A stretch of 64,000 nucleotides of DNA from an uncultured Mollicutes bacterium (GTDB lineage: Bacteria; Bacillota_I; Bacilli_A; RFN20; CAG-826): assembly GCA_900540395.1 (NCBI GenBank), contig UQFQ01000002.1:6684-70683 (forward strand), written 5' to 3'. Position numbers and translations under genes: made by a program. The notes beneath the pieces were generated by a model. The model was not told the origin of the DNA, made no database searches, and saw nothing but the letters and a program-made list of their open reading frames with translations. Below are positions 1 to 8,357 of this stretch, piece by piece. How positions within the stretch are numbered: position 1 is the stretch's first letter; each line of letters begins with the position of its first letter.

Positions 1-946
1 CTTCTTTGTTTTGATTGCCCAAAAGATTACCTTCGATGACTTGCATAGCTATTCCGCTGCCACTTGCAAACAAGTAAATAATGGAAGTGATGGTCATAAT
101 GAATGTTCTTAAATTTTGATCTAAAACTGTGCAAGAATAGTTAACAATAATTGCTAAAACAAATTGTGATAAATTATATGATAAAGTTTCCCCAGCTGTT
201 GGCAATCCAATCTTTAGTTGTTTTTTAAGCAACATAGACGGAAATGGACGAAGAGATCTAAATGAAATTTTTGATTTAACTGTCACTTTAAAGAAAATAT
301 ACGAAATAAGGCAAGAGATAAAACGAGAAATTAATGTAGCTAATCCCACACCAATCAATTGATCTTCAACGTCAAGATTTGGAATTCCCCATAGCACAAT
401 TGCACAAATGACAATATTGATAATGTTGGTGGCAAAAGTAATAATAGTTGGCTCAACCATTTTTTTATTCGCTCGTAAAAAACTTGAAAAAGCTTGATAT
501 AAAGAATAAAAAACAAGAGAAGGTGCTGAGACATATAAGTAGAGTTTAGCCAGTGGAATAATTTGTGCATCGACTTGCATCCAATCAAAAATAAACGGCG
601 AAATAGCTAAAAGAATGCCACAGACTATTATTCCGATAAATAAATTCAAAAATAGTGTAAGTGGATAAATCTTTTTAATTCCTTCTTCATTATCCAATCC
701 TTTTAATTGTGTGATGAGAATAAGAGAAGATGTTGATAGCACGCTAAACGCGACAATAAAAATATTGCTTATTTGATTTACCTGTCCTATAGCGTTGGTG
801 GCTTGAGGTACACCAGCAAACATAAATTGATTAACATAGCCAATACCGACGCCTAAAATCAGTTCGATAAAAACTGGAACAGCCAATTTGATGACTTCTT
901 TATTGCGTGAGAATAAGCTAAATAGAGGAAACTTTTGTTTTTTCAC
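1..946 (-). CDS. MATE-family efflux transporter, N-terminal ~315 codons (gene runs off the left edge)
   Basis: My own minus-strand translation from GTG (946-944) is uninterrupted down to position 1. It reads VKKQKFPLFSLFSRNKEVIKLAVPVFIELILGVGIGYVNQFMFAG..., a MATE-like N-terminus followed by repeated hydrophobic helices. It is absent from the ORF track because it is open-ended. Confidence 0.6.
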   Translation of the reverse strand, partial: MKKQKFPLFSLFSRNKEVIKLAVPVFIELILGVGIGYVNQFMFAGVPQATNAIGQVNQISNIFIVAFSVLSTSSLILITQLKGLDNEEGIKKIYPLTLFLNLFIGIIVCGILLAISPFIFDWMQVDAQIIPLAKLYLYVSAPSLVFYSLYQAFSSFLRANKKMVEPTIITFATNIINIVICAIVLWGIPNLDVEDQLIGVGLATLISRFISCLISYIFFKVTVKSKISFRSLRPFPSMLLKKQLKIGLPTAGETLSYNLSQFVLAIIVNYSCTVLDQNLRTFIMTITSIIYLFASGSGIAMQVIEGNLLGNQNKE

Positions 947-1112
947 AAGTAATAATTCTATATTCTAAAACTAGTATTACAAGAGTCTTTTGTATTTTGT
1001 TTGCAAATTGTATTTTATAGATATTTATAATAAAGAATTTTTGAAAAATACTTAAATTTAATTAAAAATTAAATAATTTATTATATAAATTAAATAAAGG
1101 AGGTTTATATCA

Positions 1113-1370
1113 ATGGCAAATATTAATATAACCATACGCATTGATAAGGAATTGAAGAAAGAAGCAGATAATCTCTTTCATCAATTAGGCATGTCCTTTA
1201 CCACCGCCGTCACGATTTTTGTTCAACAAACCGTCCGCGAACAAAGGATTCCTTTTGATATTAGGCTTCATCAAGAGAGAGCCGTGGCTGCAACGAGCGT
1301 GGAAGTGGAAAAGATTTCAAATAAATATCTTGATGAGAATAAAAAAGCTTACCAAGAACTTGCCAAATGA
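1113..1370 (+). CDS. RelB/DinJ-type ribbon-helix-helix antitoxin
   Basis: AAGGAGG lies 8 nt upstream. The N-terminus MANINITIRIDKELKKEADNLFHQLGMSFTTAVTIFVQQTVREQRIPF fits the DinJ/RelB RHH pattern. Its TGA stop overlaps the ATG of the downstream doc frame (ATGA). Confidence 0.8.
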   Translation: MANINITIRIDKELKKEADNLFHQLGMSFTTAVTIFVQQTVREQRIPFDIRLHQERAVAATSVEVEKISNKYLDENKKAYQELAK

Positions 1371-1747
1371 AATATTTAACTAAAGAGCAAATTATTTACC
1401 TTCAATAACAGCTTATGCAAGAATTTGGCGGCATAGGAGGAATTCGAAATGAAAATCTTTTGGAATCTGCTATTGCTTCGCCATTTCAAACATTTTCATC
1501 GAAAGAATTTTATCCTACTATAGAAGAAAAGGCTGCACGTCTTGAATACGGACTAGTTTCCAATCATTGTTTTTTTGACGGAAACAAAAGAATTGGTGCG
1601 CATGCTATGCTTGTCTTTTTAGTATTAAATGATATTCAACTTGATTTTACGCAGGAAGAGTTGATTCGGATTTTTCTAGACTTCGCTTCCAGTAATTTTG
1701 ACTATAGCACTCTTCTGGTTTGGATTAGAAGTCACGAGAGAAAATAG
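1367..1747 (+). pseudogene. doc: Doc (Fic-fold death-on-curing) toxin interrupted by an in-frame TAA at 1406-1408; the longest intact ORF is 1415-1747
   Basis: ATG 1367 is in the same frame as ORF 1415. Translation gives MKYLTKEQIIYLQ*QLMQEFGGIGGIRNENLLESAIASPFQ. The Doc/Fic motif HCFFDGNKRIG (HxFxDGNKR) is intact. Confidence 0.75.
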
Positions 1748-1823
1748 TAAGTTAAAATCATCAAATTGACTTGCGAATTTTTATTTTAAAAAATTAAATA
1801 TTACCCTAAGTGTTTTATTGAAA

Positions 1824-1870
1824 TATCACCCATTTTTTATAATAATAGTAATAGAAATATGTGGGTGATA
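1824..1870. promoter_or_regulatory. 9-bp inverted repeat TATCACCCA / TGGGTGATA bracketing a TATAAT box upstream of the AlbA_2-type gene
   Basis: TATCACCCA is at 1824-1832 and its exact reverse complement TGGGTGATA is at 1862-1870. TTGAAA lies at 1818-1823 and TATAAT at 1838-1843. Confidence 0.45.
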
Positions 1871-1872
1871 AA

Positions 1873-3279
1873 ATGTTGAAAATTAAAGAGATTATCGAAG
1901 AATGCATATCGTATGAAAACGAAAGAGAATGGTTTGAATTTAAAGAAAATTGGTTTGAAAAAGATCAAATAGGAGAATATATCTCCTCGCTTTCTAATAG
2001 TGCCGCCATTTTAGGAAGGGACTTTGCTTATATAATATGGGGAATAAATAATGAAAGTCATGAAATTGTAGGCACAACAATAAATTATGAAATTGAGGTT
2101 AATAATGAACCTCTTAAGCATTATTTAGCAAGGAATTTAAATCCTAGTATTAACTTTTATTTTTTAGAGACACGAATGAGCAACAAAAGAGTTGTGGTGT
2201 TAGTTATTCCAAGTGCTAAAATTGTACCAACAGCTTATAAAGATATTAGATATATCAGGATAGGTTCAAGTAAAGAAAAAATAAGAAAATATCCAGAAAG
2301 AGAAGCTTATTTATTTTCTGCTTTAACTTTTGGCATTCCTACGATTAATAATAAAGAAAGCGAATATCAAGACTTAGAATTTAACCAATTGAAGACATAT
2401 TATGCCTCCAAAAATATAACTTTATATAATTCTAGCTATCTTAAAAATCTTCATCTTTTAACTAAAGATGGTAAATTTAACATTATGGCTCAACTTTTAT
2501 CAGATAATTCTCATGTCCCAATTCGAGTTGCAATTTTTGATGGCAAAACTAAGGCTTCAAAAATGTATTCGGTTAAAGAATTTGGATATAAATGTTTACT
2601 ATACTCATTAAATGATGTTTTAAATTATGGTGAAGTTATGAATATTCCTCAAGCTGATGAAGAGGGGAGAGTAATGGAACGTAATGAAGTGATGCTATTT
2701 GATTTTGATTGTTTTAGAGAAGCGATTATCAATGCGTTTTTACATAACGAATGGGTTAATTTAAATGAACCGATGATAACTTTTTATTCTGATAGAATTG
2801 AAATTCTATCTAGAGGATCGCTACCACCATTACAAACTTTAAATGGCTTTTATGAAGGACATTCAGTACCTGTAAACGATAAATTATCTGAGTTATTTAT
2901 GCAGTTACATATCAGCGAAAAAACCGGTCGAGGTATACCTACTATTACTAATAAATATGGTAAAGAATCAATTAAAGTTAGTGAAAACAACATTATAGTT
3001 ACTATTCCATTTAACAGAATTAACGATGTGGGTGATAAAGTGGGTGATAAAGTGGGTGATAAAGTGGGTGATAAATTAAATTCAGCGTGGCTTAATTTCT
3101 CTCAGATTAAGGTTTTGGCAGAAATTAGGAATAATCCAAATATAACCAAACCGCAATTAATGGTTAAGTGCAATCTAGGTAAAACGTCTATCGATAATAT
3201 AATTAAAATTTTAAAAAATAAAGGTTATATCAAAAGAGTTGGAGCGAATAAAAACGGCTATTGGGAGGTCCTAAAATAA
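1873..3279 (+). CDS. Schlafen/AlbA_2-domain, HATPase_c_4-like putative transcriptional regulator with C-terminal winged HTH ('RecG-like' annotation class)
   Basis: The N-terminus ...ENEREWFEFKENW... fits AlbA_2. The C-terminus KPQLMVKCNLGKTSIDNIIKILKNKGYIKRVGANKNGYWEVL fits a wHTH. ATG 1873 is preferred over the track's GTG 1861 because GGTGA sits 4 nt upstream of it. A paralogue lies at 47811-49246. Confidence 0.7.
   Translation: MLKIKEIIEECISYENEREWFEFKENWFEKDQIGEYISSLSNSAAILGRDFAYIIWGINNESHEIVGTTINYEIEVNNEPLKHYLARNLNPSINFYFLETRMSNKRVVVLVIPSAKIVPTAYKDIRYIRIGSSKEKIRKYPEREAYLFSALTFGIPTINNKESEYQDLEFNQLKTYYASKNITLYNSSYLKNLHLLTKDGKFNIMAQLLSDNSHVPIRVAIFDGKTKASKMYSVKEFGYKCLLYSLNDVLNYGEVMNIPQADEEGRVMERNEVMLFDFDCFREAIINAFLHNEWVNLNEPMITFYSDRIEILSRGSLPPLQTLNGFYEGHSVPVNDKLSELFMQLHISEKTGRGIPTITNKYGKESIKVSENNIIVTIPFNRINDVGDKVGDKVGDKVGDKLNSAWLNFSQIKVLAEIRNNPNITKPQLMVKCNLGKTSIDNIIKILKNKGYIKRVGANKNGYWEVLK
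3028..3075 (+). repeat. In-frame perfect tandem repeat, 4 x GTGGGTGATAAA, encoding (VGDK)4
   Basis: Read directly: four identical 12-mers at 3028, 3040, 3052 and 3064. The same 12-mer also occurs at 1861-1872. Confidence 0.95.
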
Positions 3280-3824
3280 TGGCAAGCGAAAACATCTTTA
3301 ATAAGGATGATATAATTTTGATCAATGATATTACTTATAAAATTATTAAATTAATTGGTCATGGAAAAGGTGGCTATTCGTATTTAGCCACTGATGGAAA
3401 AACCAAAGTAGTAATTAAGAAAATTCATCATGAACCATGTTCTTATTATAACTTTGGCGATAAGATTCAATCTGAAATAATTGACTATAATACTTTATTT
3501 AATATAGGTATTAGAATTCCTAAGATGATTGATTATGACCTAAATAAAGAAATTATCGTTAAAGAATACATAAAAGGTGATGTAATATCGGATTTAATTA
3601 AGGAAAAGAAAGATATTTCTAAGTATATTAATCAGTTAAGAGAATTTTTACCTATTTTATATAACTTAAATATTAATATTGATTATTATCCGACTAACTT
3701 TGTTGTTAACTCTATCAATGATTTGATTTATTACATAGATTATGAGTGTAACACTTATGATAGCAAGCGGGATTTTGATAATTGGGGAATAAAATATTGG
3801 AATGGTGAAGAAGCCATAAATTAA
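3279..3824 (+). CDS. Minimal protein-kinase-like fold protein (RIO/Kdo/Bud32-like size, ~181 aa)
   Basis: It has a Gly-rich loop GHGKGGYSY, a VVIKK lysine, a catalytic-loop-like DYYPTNFVV and a YYIDYE motif. GGGAGG lies at 3263-3268. ATG 3279 overlaps the upstream TAA (TAATG). Confidence 0.55.
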   Translation: MASENIFNKDDIILINDITYKIIKLIGHGKGGYSYLATDGKTKVVIKKIHHEPCSYYNFGDKIQSEIIDYNTLFNIGIRIPKMIDYDLNKEIIVKEYIKGDVISDLIKEKKDISKYINQLREFLPILYNLNINIDYYPTNFVVNSINDLIYYIDYECNTYDSKRDFDNWGIKYWNGEEAIN

Positions 3825-4164
3825 GATGTTTTCGATACTAGTTTATGATTAGCAGGAGGTTCTTCATCCTTGCCTTGTAGTGCTGAAAGTATCAAAATTT
3901 ACTAGTTCTCATTTTTGTACGATATATCTAATACAAATTTAAAAATTAACTTAAACTTACTATATTCAGCTTTGTTCTTGTTGGAGATTAACTTCTCTAA
4001 TAGGTATGGGTATTTTTTGATGATGGAATATATGTTAGATTCAATTAAATATAGAAGGGAATAAGCCGTTAATTGATTTAAACTGCGCAATTTTTACGAA
4101 AACAGAGAAATTGCGCAGTATATCGCTAGTGAAATAAAAGGTATTTCTAAATATTCGAAAATGA

Positions 4165-4374
4165 TATAAATCAATAGTAAATGGACCAACTTATGTTGGT
4201 GTTCAATCATTATCTGCTAGTGCAGTTGTAATTAGAATTATTGCCGAATGTAATGAAACAATGCGCTATCAAGTGCAACGTGACATTAATCGAGAAATTA
4301 AAATCATCTTTGATCAAAATAACATCTTAATTCCTTATCCTCAAATTGTTGTACACGATGCAAAGAATAAATAG
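4165..4374 (+). pseudogene. C-terminal remnant of an MscS-family mechanosensitive channel
   Basis: My own translation gives ...NGPTYVGVQSLSASAVVIRIIAECNETMRYQVQRDINREIKIIFDQNNILIPYPQIVVHDAKNK*. This is the typical MscS C-terminal beta domain (..IPFPQ..). It is preceded by a stop and a frame change, and there is no N-terminal TM part. Confidence 0.6.
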
Positions 4375-4605
4375 CCAGAGAACTAAATGGAGACGGTTTT
4401 AAATTATTCATTTTGTAGCTAGGTCAGTTGCAACGAGCCATCTTCAAAGAATATTTAAGTGATAAGCCGTATTTTTTTGTCAATTTTACATTTTTTACGC
4501 CGTATAAAGTGTAAAAATAACACTTTTTACGGCTTATCGTTAAATTCTCAGTTTTATATGAGCTGAAATTAATGAAAGAAGAGCGAATTAGTTATTAGCA
4601 GAAAT

Positions 4606-5052
4606 GTGTTTAAAGTTGATTCGGTAGGTGGATATCTTTGTTTAGATTTATATGCAAAATTAAGGAAAGCAAAAGCTTTAATGTTATTTTATTCAGTAGT
4701 AACTAATAAGAATTTTGAAGCAAAAGAAATATTTAAAGACACACCGGTGCGGAATAGTCAATTAAATAAAAAGATGTGGAAAAGATTTTTAAAAAATAAA
4801 GAAGTAGATGATATTTTAGATTTAGACTTCTCTAATATTCCAAAAACATATATTGAAATATGCGAAAACGATTGTTTAAAAGATGAAGGTTTAGCTTTAG
4901 CCGATAAATTTAAAGCTGAACACCACATTATTAAAAAAGCCATGCATGGATTTGATAGTGTGGAGTCTTCTTACTTAACAAAAAAGCACTTAATAAGAGA
5001 AATTCTTTTATTCATAAGGTTATATCAGAAAATTAAAAGCTTTATAGATTAG
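4606..5052 (+). pseudogene. 5'-truncated alpha/beta-hydrolase (fold-3 / HSL-type esterase) fragment
   Basis: The frame opens only about 10 codons before the nucleophile elbow (KVDSVGGYL, compare GDSAGG). The C-terminal ENDCLKDEG and HGF triad motifs are present. The N-terminal oxyanion-hole half is missing. Confidence 0.5.
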
Positions 5053-5210
5053 TACACTTTTGTTAATTTGCTTTTATAAATTATAAAAATATAACCGATA
5101 ACACATAATTTAGTTAATTTGGTCACATTTATATAAAAATATTACCGATTGTATAGATTCCTTTGATTATTGTCTGCTTAATTGAGAAAATATGTATGAA
5201 AGGTAATATC

Positions 5211-5408
5211 ATGAATAAAATAGGTCAATTTGTTAAAGAAAAAAGAAAAGAAAATCATTTGAAACAAGAAGATTTAGCTTTATATGCTGGTGTTAGTACG
5301 AAATTTATTAGTCAATTAGAAAATGGAAAAGAAACACTTAAATTAGATAAGATAAATCAAGTTTTATCTATTTTTGATTATGAATTATCGCCTACAAAAA
5401 AGGATTAA
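5211..5408 (+). CDS. XRE-family HTH protein, HipB-like antitoxin/repressor
   Basis: MNKIGQFVKEKRKENHLKQEDLALYAGVSTKFISQLENGKE is a canonical HTH_3. It is the first gene of a tightly packed three-gene unit. The start is uncertain: in-frame candidates are 5163, 5196 and 5211. Confidence 0.75.
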   Translation: MNKIGQFVKEKRKENHLKQEDLALYAGVSTKFISQLENGKETLKLDKINQVLSIFDYELSPTKKD

Positions 5409-5411
5409 AGC

Positions 5412-5738
5412 ATGAAAAAAGCTAAAGTCTTTTATAATGATATTTTATGTGGTTATTTGACTGAAAATGATGATGGCTATATTTTTTACTACGTCGATGA
5501 GTATTTAAAAAAGAGCAATAGTAAAGCTATAAGTTTAACGTTGCCTCTTAAAGATGAACCATATCATTCAATGGAACTTTTTCCTTTTTTTGATGGCCTT
5601 ATACCTGAAGGCTATCTTTTTAACTTAGCAGTAAAAATATATAACATTAATCCGTTAAATAGATTTGAAGTTTTGCTTAAAACTTGTGCTGATGCAATTG
5701 GATGTGTTTCCTTAAAAGAGGATTTAGGTAATGAATAA
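5412..5738 (+). CDS. Stand-alone HipA N-terminal (couple_hipA) domain protein, HipS-like
   Basis: KVFYNDILCGYLTENDDGYIFYYVDEYL...FPFFDGLIPEGY matches the HipA N-subdomain pattern. It starts 4 nt after the HTH gene and overlaps the kinase gene by 8 nt. Confidence 0.75.
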   Translation: MKKAKVFYNDILCGYLTENDDGYIFYYVDEYLKKSNSKAISLTLPLKDEPYHSMELFPFFDGLIPEGYLFNLAVKIYNINPLNRFEVLLKTCADAIGCVSLKEDLGNE

Positions 5739-6681
5739 TCATAGGTGCTTATTTTGCGGAAGAAAATTAAACTCTGATTTAGAAGATAGTTATCATCGGC
5801 ATCTTTTTTGTATTAAAAAATTCTTTAATGTTAGTGCTTTTCCAGACACCTTACTTTTAGAAAATAATTTAGAAATTCTAGCTATTGATGAATTAAGAAA
5901 TCACTTATCTATTACAGGCGTTCAAAAGAAAATTTCTTGTAGCGTTAAAAGAGATAAGAAAACCAAAAAATTGTTTTTTGATACTGATAATTCTGAATTT
6001 ATTATTAAAACACCTGATTATGATATTCCAGATATTACCGAAAATGAACATTTTATAATGCTGTTGGCAAATGATATAGGCCTCGAAACTGTAGAAAATG
6101 GTCTTATTAAAACTAAAAATAATGGATATTTATATATTACAAAAAGAATTGATCGAGTGAGTGGAAAGAAGTTACCAATGGAAGATTTTTGTCAACTATC
6201 TTACAAGCTTACTGAATATAAATATCAAGGTTCTTATGAAAAATGTGTTAAAGAGATTATTGATAAATATTCTTCGAGAAAGCAATTAGATAAAATTCGC
6301 TTTTTTAACGTAATTTATTTTTCTTATGTTGTTGGAAACACTGATATGCATTTGAAGAATTTTTCTCTTTATGATGATGGAAGTGGCTTTCATTTAGCGC
6401 CTTTTTATGATCTTGTCTCATCGTATTTACTAGTCGGACAAGACGAGTTTGCTTTATCTTTAAATGGAAAAAGAAAGAAATTTACTAAAAATGATTTTAT
6501 AAAATTTGGTGAAAATATTGGTCTATCAAAAGAGTTAAGCATGAAAATTATAAAGTCTTTAAATGCTAAGATTGATTATGGCTTTAAAACATTGCTTCCT
6601 ACTTCTTTGATGAGTGAAAAACTTAATAAAAAGATGGAAGAATTAGTCAAAGAAAGATTAACAATTTTACATGCGGAGTAA
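5731..6681 (+). CDS. HipA-family Ser/Thr kinase core (HipT-like) with N-terminal Cys/His motif
   Basis: Motifs present are ITGVQKKIS (P-loop-like), GNTDMHLKNFSL (catalytic DxHxKN) and APFYDLVSS (Mg-binding D). The N-terminus CLFCGRKLNSD..HRHLFC is typical of Gram-positive HipA proteins. Confidence 0.8.
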   Translation: MNNHRCLFCGRKLNSDLEDSYHRHLFCIKKFFNVSAFPDTLLLENNLEILAIDELRNHLSITGVQKKISCSVKRDKKTKKLFFDTDNSEFIIKTPDYDIPDITENEHFIMLLANDIGLETVENGLIKTKNNGYLYITKRIDRVSGKKLPMEDFCQLSYKLTEYKYQGSYEKCVKEIIDKYSSRKQLDKIRFFNVIYFSYVVGNTDMHLKNFSLYDDGSGFHLAPFYDLVSSYLLVGQDEFALSLNGKRKKFTKNDFIKFGENIGLSKELSMKIIKSLNAKIDYGFKTLLPTSLMSEKLNKKMEELVKERLTILHAE

Positions 6682-6937
6682 GTAACACAATATTATGTTT
6701 AAATGAAGAAATATCTATAAATTTGACTCCTATAAATTAATAGAGCTATCTTCTTGATTAAGTTTGCTAGATCCAAAGCGGATAACTACTAGGAGGAAAT
6801 TTTGTAAATTATTATATAGCAATAAAAAATTAGCTTTTGCTGAGTTTTTTCCTAATTTGTTGTCTTTTATTGATATTTCTATTTGCTTATTTTATTAATA
6901 AATAAGCCATTTAAATAGAAGATTTATAATAGAATAT

Positions 6938-7022
6938 GTCCAAATCATATAATAAAAGAAAGCCAAATCGTATAATACTTTGCGTCCAAATTATATAATG
7001 ATTTTGGTCCAAATCGTTAAAT
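6938..7022 (+). repeat. 4 tandem 23-bp units with core (G/A)(T/G)CCAAAT(C/T)(A/G)T(A/T)AAT upstream of the AAA ATPase gene
   Basis: The cores start at 6938, 6961, 6984 and 7007, an exact 23-bp period. They read GTCCAAATCATATAAT, AGCCAAATCGTATAAT, GTCCAAATTATATAAT and GTCCAAATCGTTAAAT. Confidence 0.9.
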
Positions 7023-7085
7023 TTAATTGTTAATTGAATAGCTAAACATTATACTTATATTAAAGAGATTGAAGGATTTGATTTC

Positions 7086-8357
7086 ATGATTTATAAAAAA
7101 AGAATCGCTGATAGTATTTTGTCTAGGATGTTAGAAGGAAAAGGAGCAGTTTTGATTGAAGGACCTAAATGGTGTGGAAAAACCACGACGGCAGAAAAAC
7201 ACGCTTCAAGTGTTTTATATGCTGACGATCCTAGAAGAAAAGCTCAGAATTTAGCTATGGCTGATTTAAACCCAGAAATTATTTTAAGAGGTGCGAAACC
7301 TAGATTAATAGATGAACGGCAAATCATGCCAAAGATTTGGGATTCAATTCGTTTTGAAATCGATCATAGTGGCGAATTAGGACAATTTATACTCACTGGA
7401 TCTGCTGTTCCTTTTGAAACCAAAGATATAACTCACAGTGGTGTAGGTAGATTTGCTTTTCTTACAATGCGAACTATGTCACTATTTGAATCTGGAGAAT
7501 CAACTGGAGATGTTAGTTTAAAAGAACTATTTGATAGCAAAGAAAATATTTATGGTTTTTCGAATGTTTCACTAGAAAGATTAGCTTTTATTACTTGTAG
7601 AGGTGGCTGGCCTCAAGCGATTGGTATGCGAGATGAGATAGCTCTTGACCAAGCTAAATACTACTATGAAGCGGTTGTTAGATCTGATATAAATCGAGCC
7701 GATAATTCTCAAAAGAATGTTGATAAAGTTAGAATGCTAATGAAATCCTATGCAAGAAATCAAGGGAGCCAAGCTTCAAAAGAAGTTTTAGCTAGTGATT
7801 GTTTGCCAAACGAGGAAAAAGCAGTTTCTTGCTTAACTATCACATCTTATCTAGACGCATTATCTAAAATTTTTGTTATTGAGGAAATGACAGCACGGAA
7901 TCCTAATTTAAGATCAAAAACAGCTATTCGAACATCAAATACACGTTATTATAGTGACCCTTCTATAGCTGCAGCAGCTTTGGGAATAGGACCTAATGAT
8001 TTAATAAATGACTTAAATACCTTTGGACTATTATTTGAAACATTATGTATCCGAGATTTAAGAGTTTATGCTAACGCTTTAGACGGTGATGTGTATCATT
8101 ATAGAGATAAATCAGGCTTAGAATGTGATGCGGTTATACATTTAAGAAATGGTAAATATGGCCTGATAGAAATTAAGCTTGGTGGAGAAAGACTAATAGA
8201 AGAAGGCGTAAAAAATCTTAAATTACTAGAGGGAAAAATTGATACGCAGAAAATGAATAAACCATCATTTTTAATGGTCTTAACTGGAGTAGGTGATTAT
8301 GCCTATCGTCGTAAAGATGGCGTCTATGTTGTTCCAATTGGCTCATTAAAAGATTAA
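7086..8357 (+). CDS. AAA-family ATPase with C-terminal DUF4143-type (PD-(D/E)xK-like) domain
   Basis: It has Walker A GPKWCGKTTTA and a C-terminal ...ECDAVIHLRNGKYGLIEIKLG typical of the AAA_14/DUF4143 family. By eye it is visibly more G+C-rich than its surroundings. Confidence 0.75.
   Translation: MIYKKRIADSILSRMLEGKGAVLIEGPKWCGKTTTAEKHASSVLYADDPRRKAQNLAMADLNPEIILRGAKPRLIDERQIMPKIWDSIRFEIDHSGELGQFILTGSAVPFETKDITHSGVGRFAFLTMRTMSLFESGESTGDVSLKELFDSKENIYGFSNVSLERLAFITCRGGWPQAIGMRDEIALDQAKYYYEAVVRSDINRADNSQKNVDKVRMLMKSYARNQGSQASKEVLASDCLPNEEKAVSCLTITSYLDALSKIFVIEEMTARNPNLRSKTAIRTSNTRYYSDPSIAAAALGIGPNDLINDLNTFGLLFETLCIRDLRVYANALDGDVYHYRDKSGLECDAVIHLRNGKYGLIEIKLGGERLIEEGVKNLKLLEGKIDTQKMNKPSFLMVLTGVGDYAYRRKDGVYVVPIGSLKD

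Noticed and set aside
1406-1408. Stop-codon reassignment (TAA as sense, or TGA as Trp as in Mycoplasma code 4) to explain the interrupted doc gene
   Set aside because: TAA, TGA and TAG all terminate many long, well-formed ORFs here: the antitoxin ends in TGA and glf and galE end in TAA. Trp is encoded by TGG throughout, and 1000+ codon ORFs are open under code 11. No suppressor-type tRNA was seen.
3902-4090. 62-aa minus-strand ORF as a real gene
   Set aside because: It has a TTG start without an SD, and its start sits in one arm of the 12-bp inverted repeat. Its composition is AT-rich off-frame-like, and it lies in a decay zone. I cannot support it.
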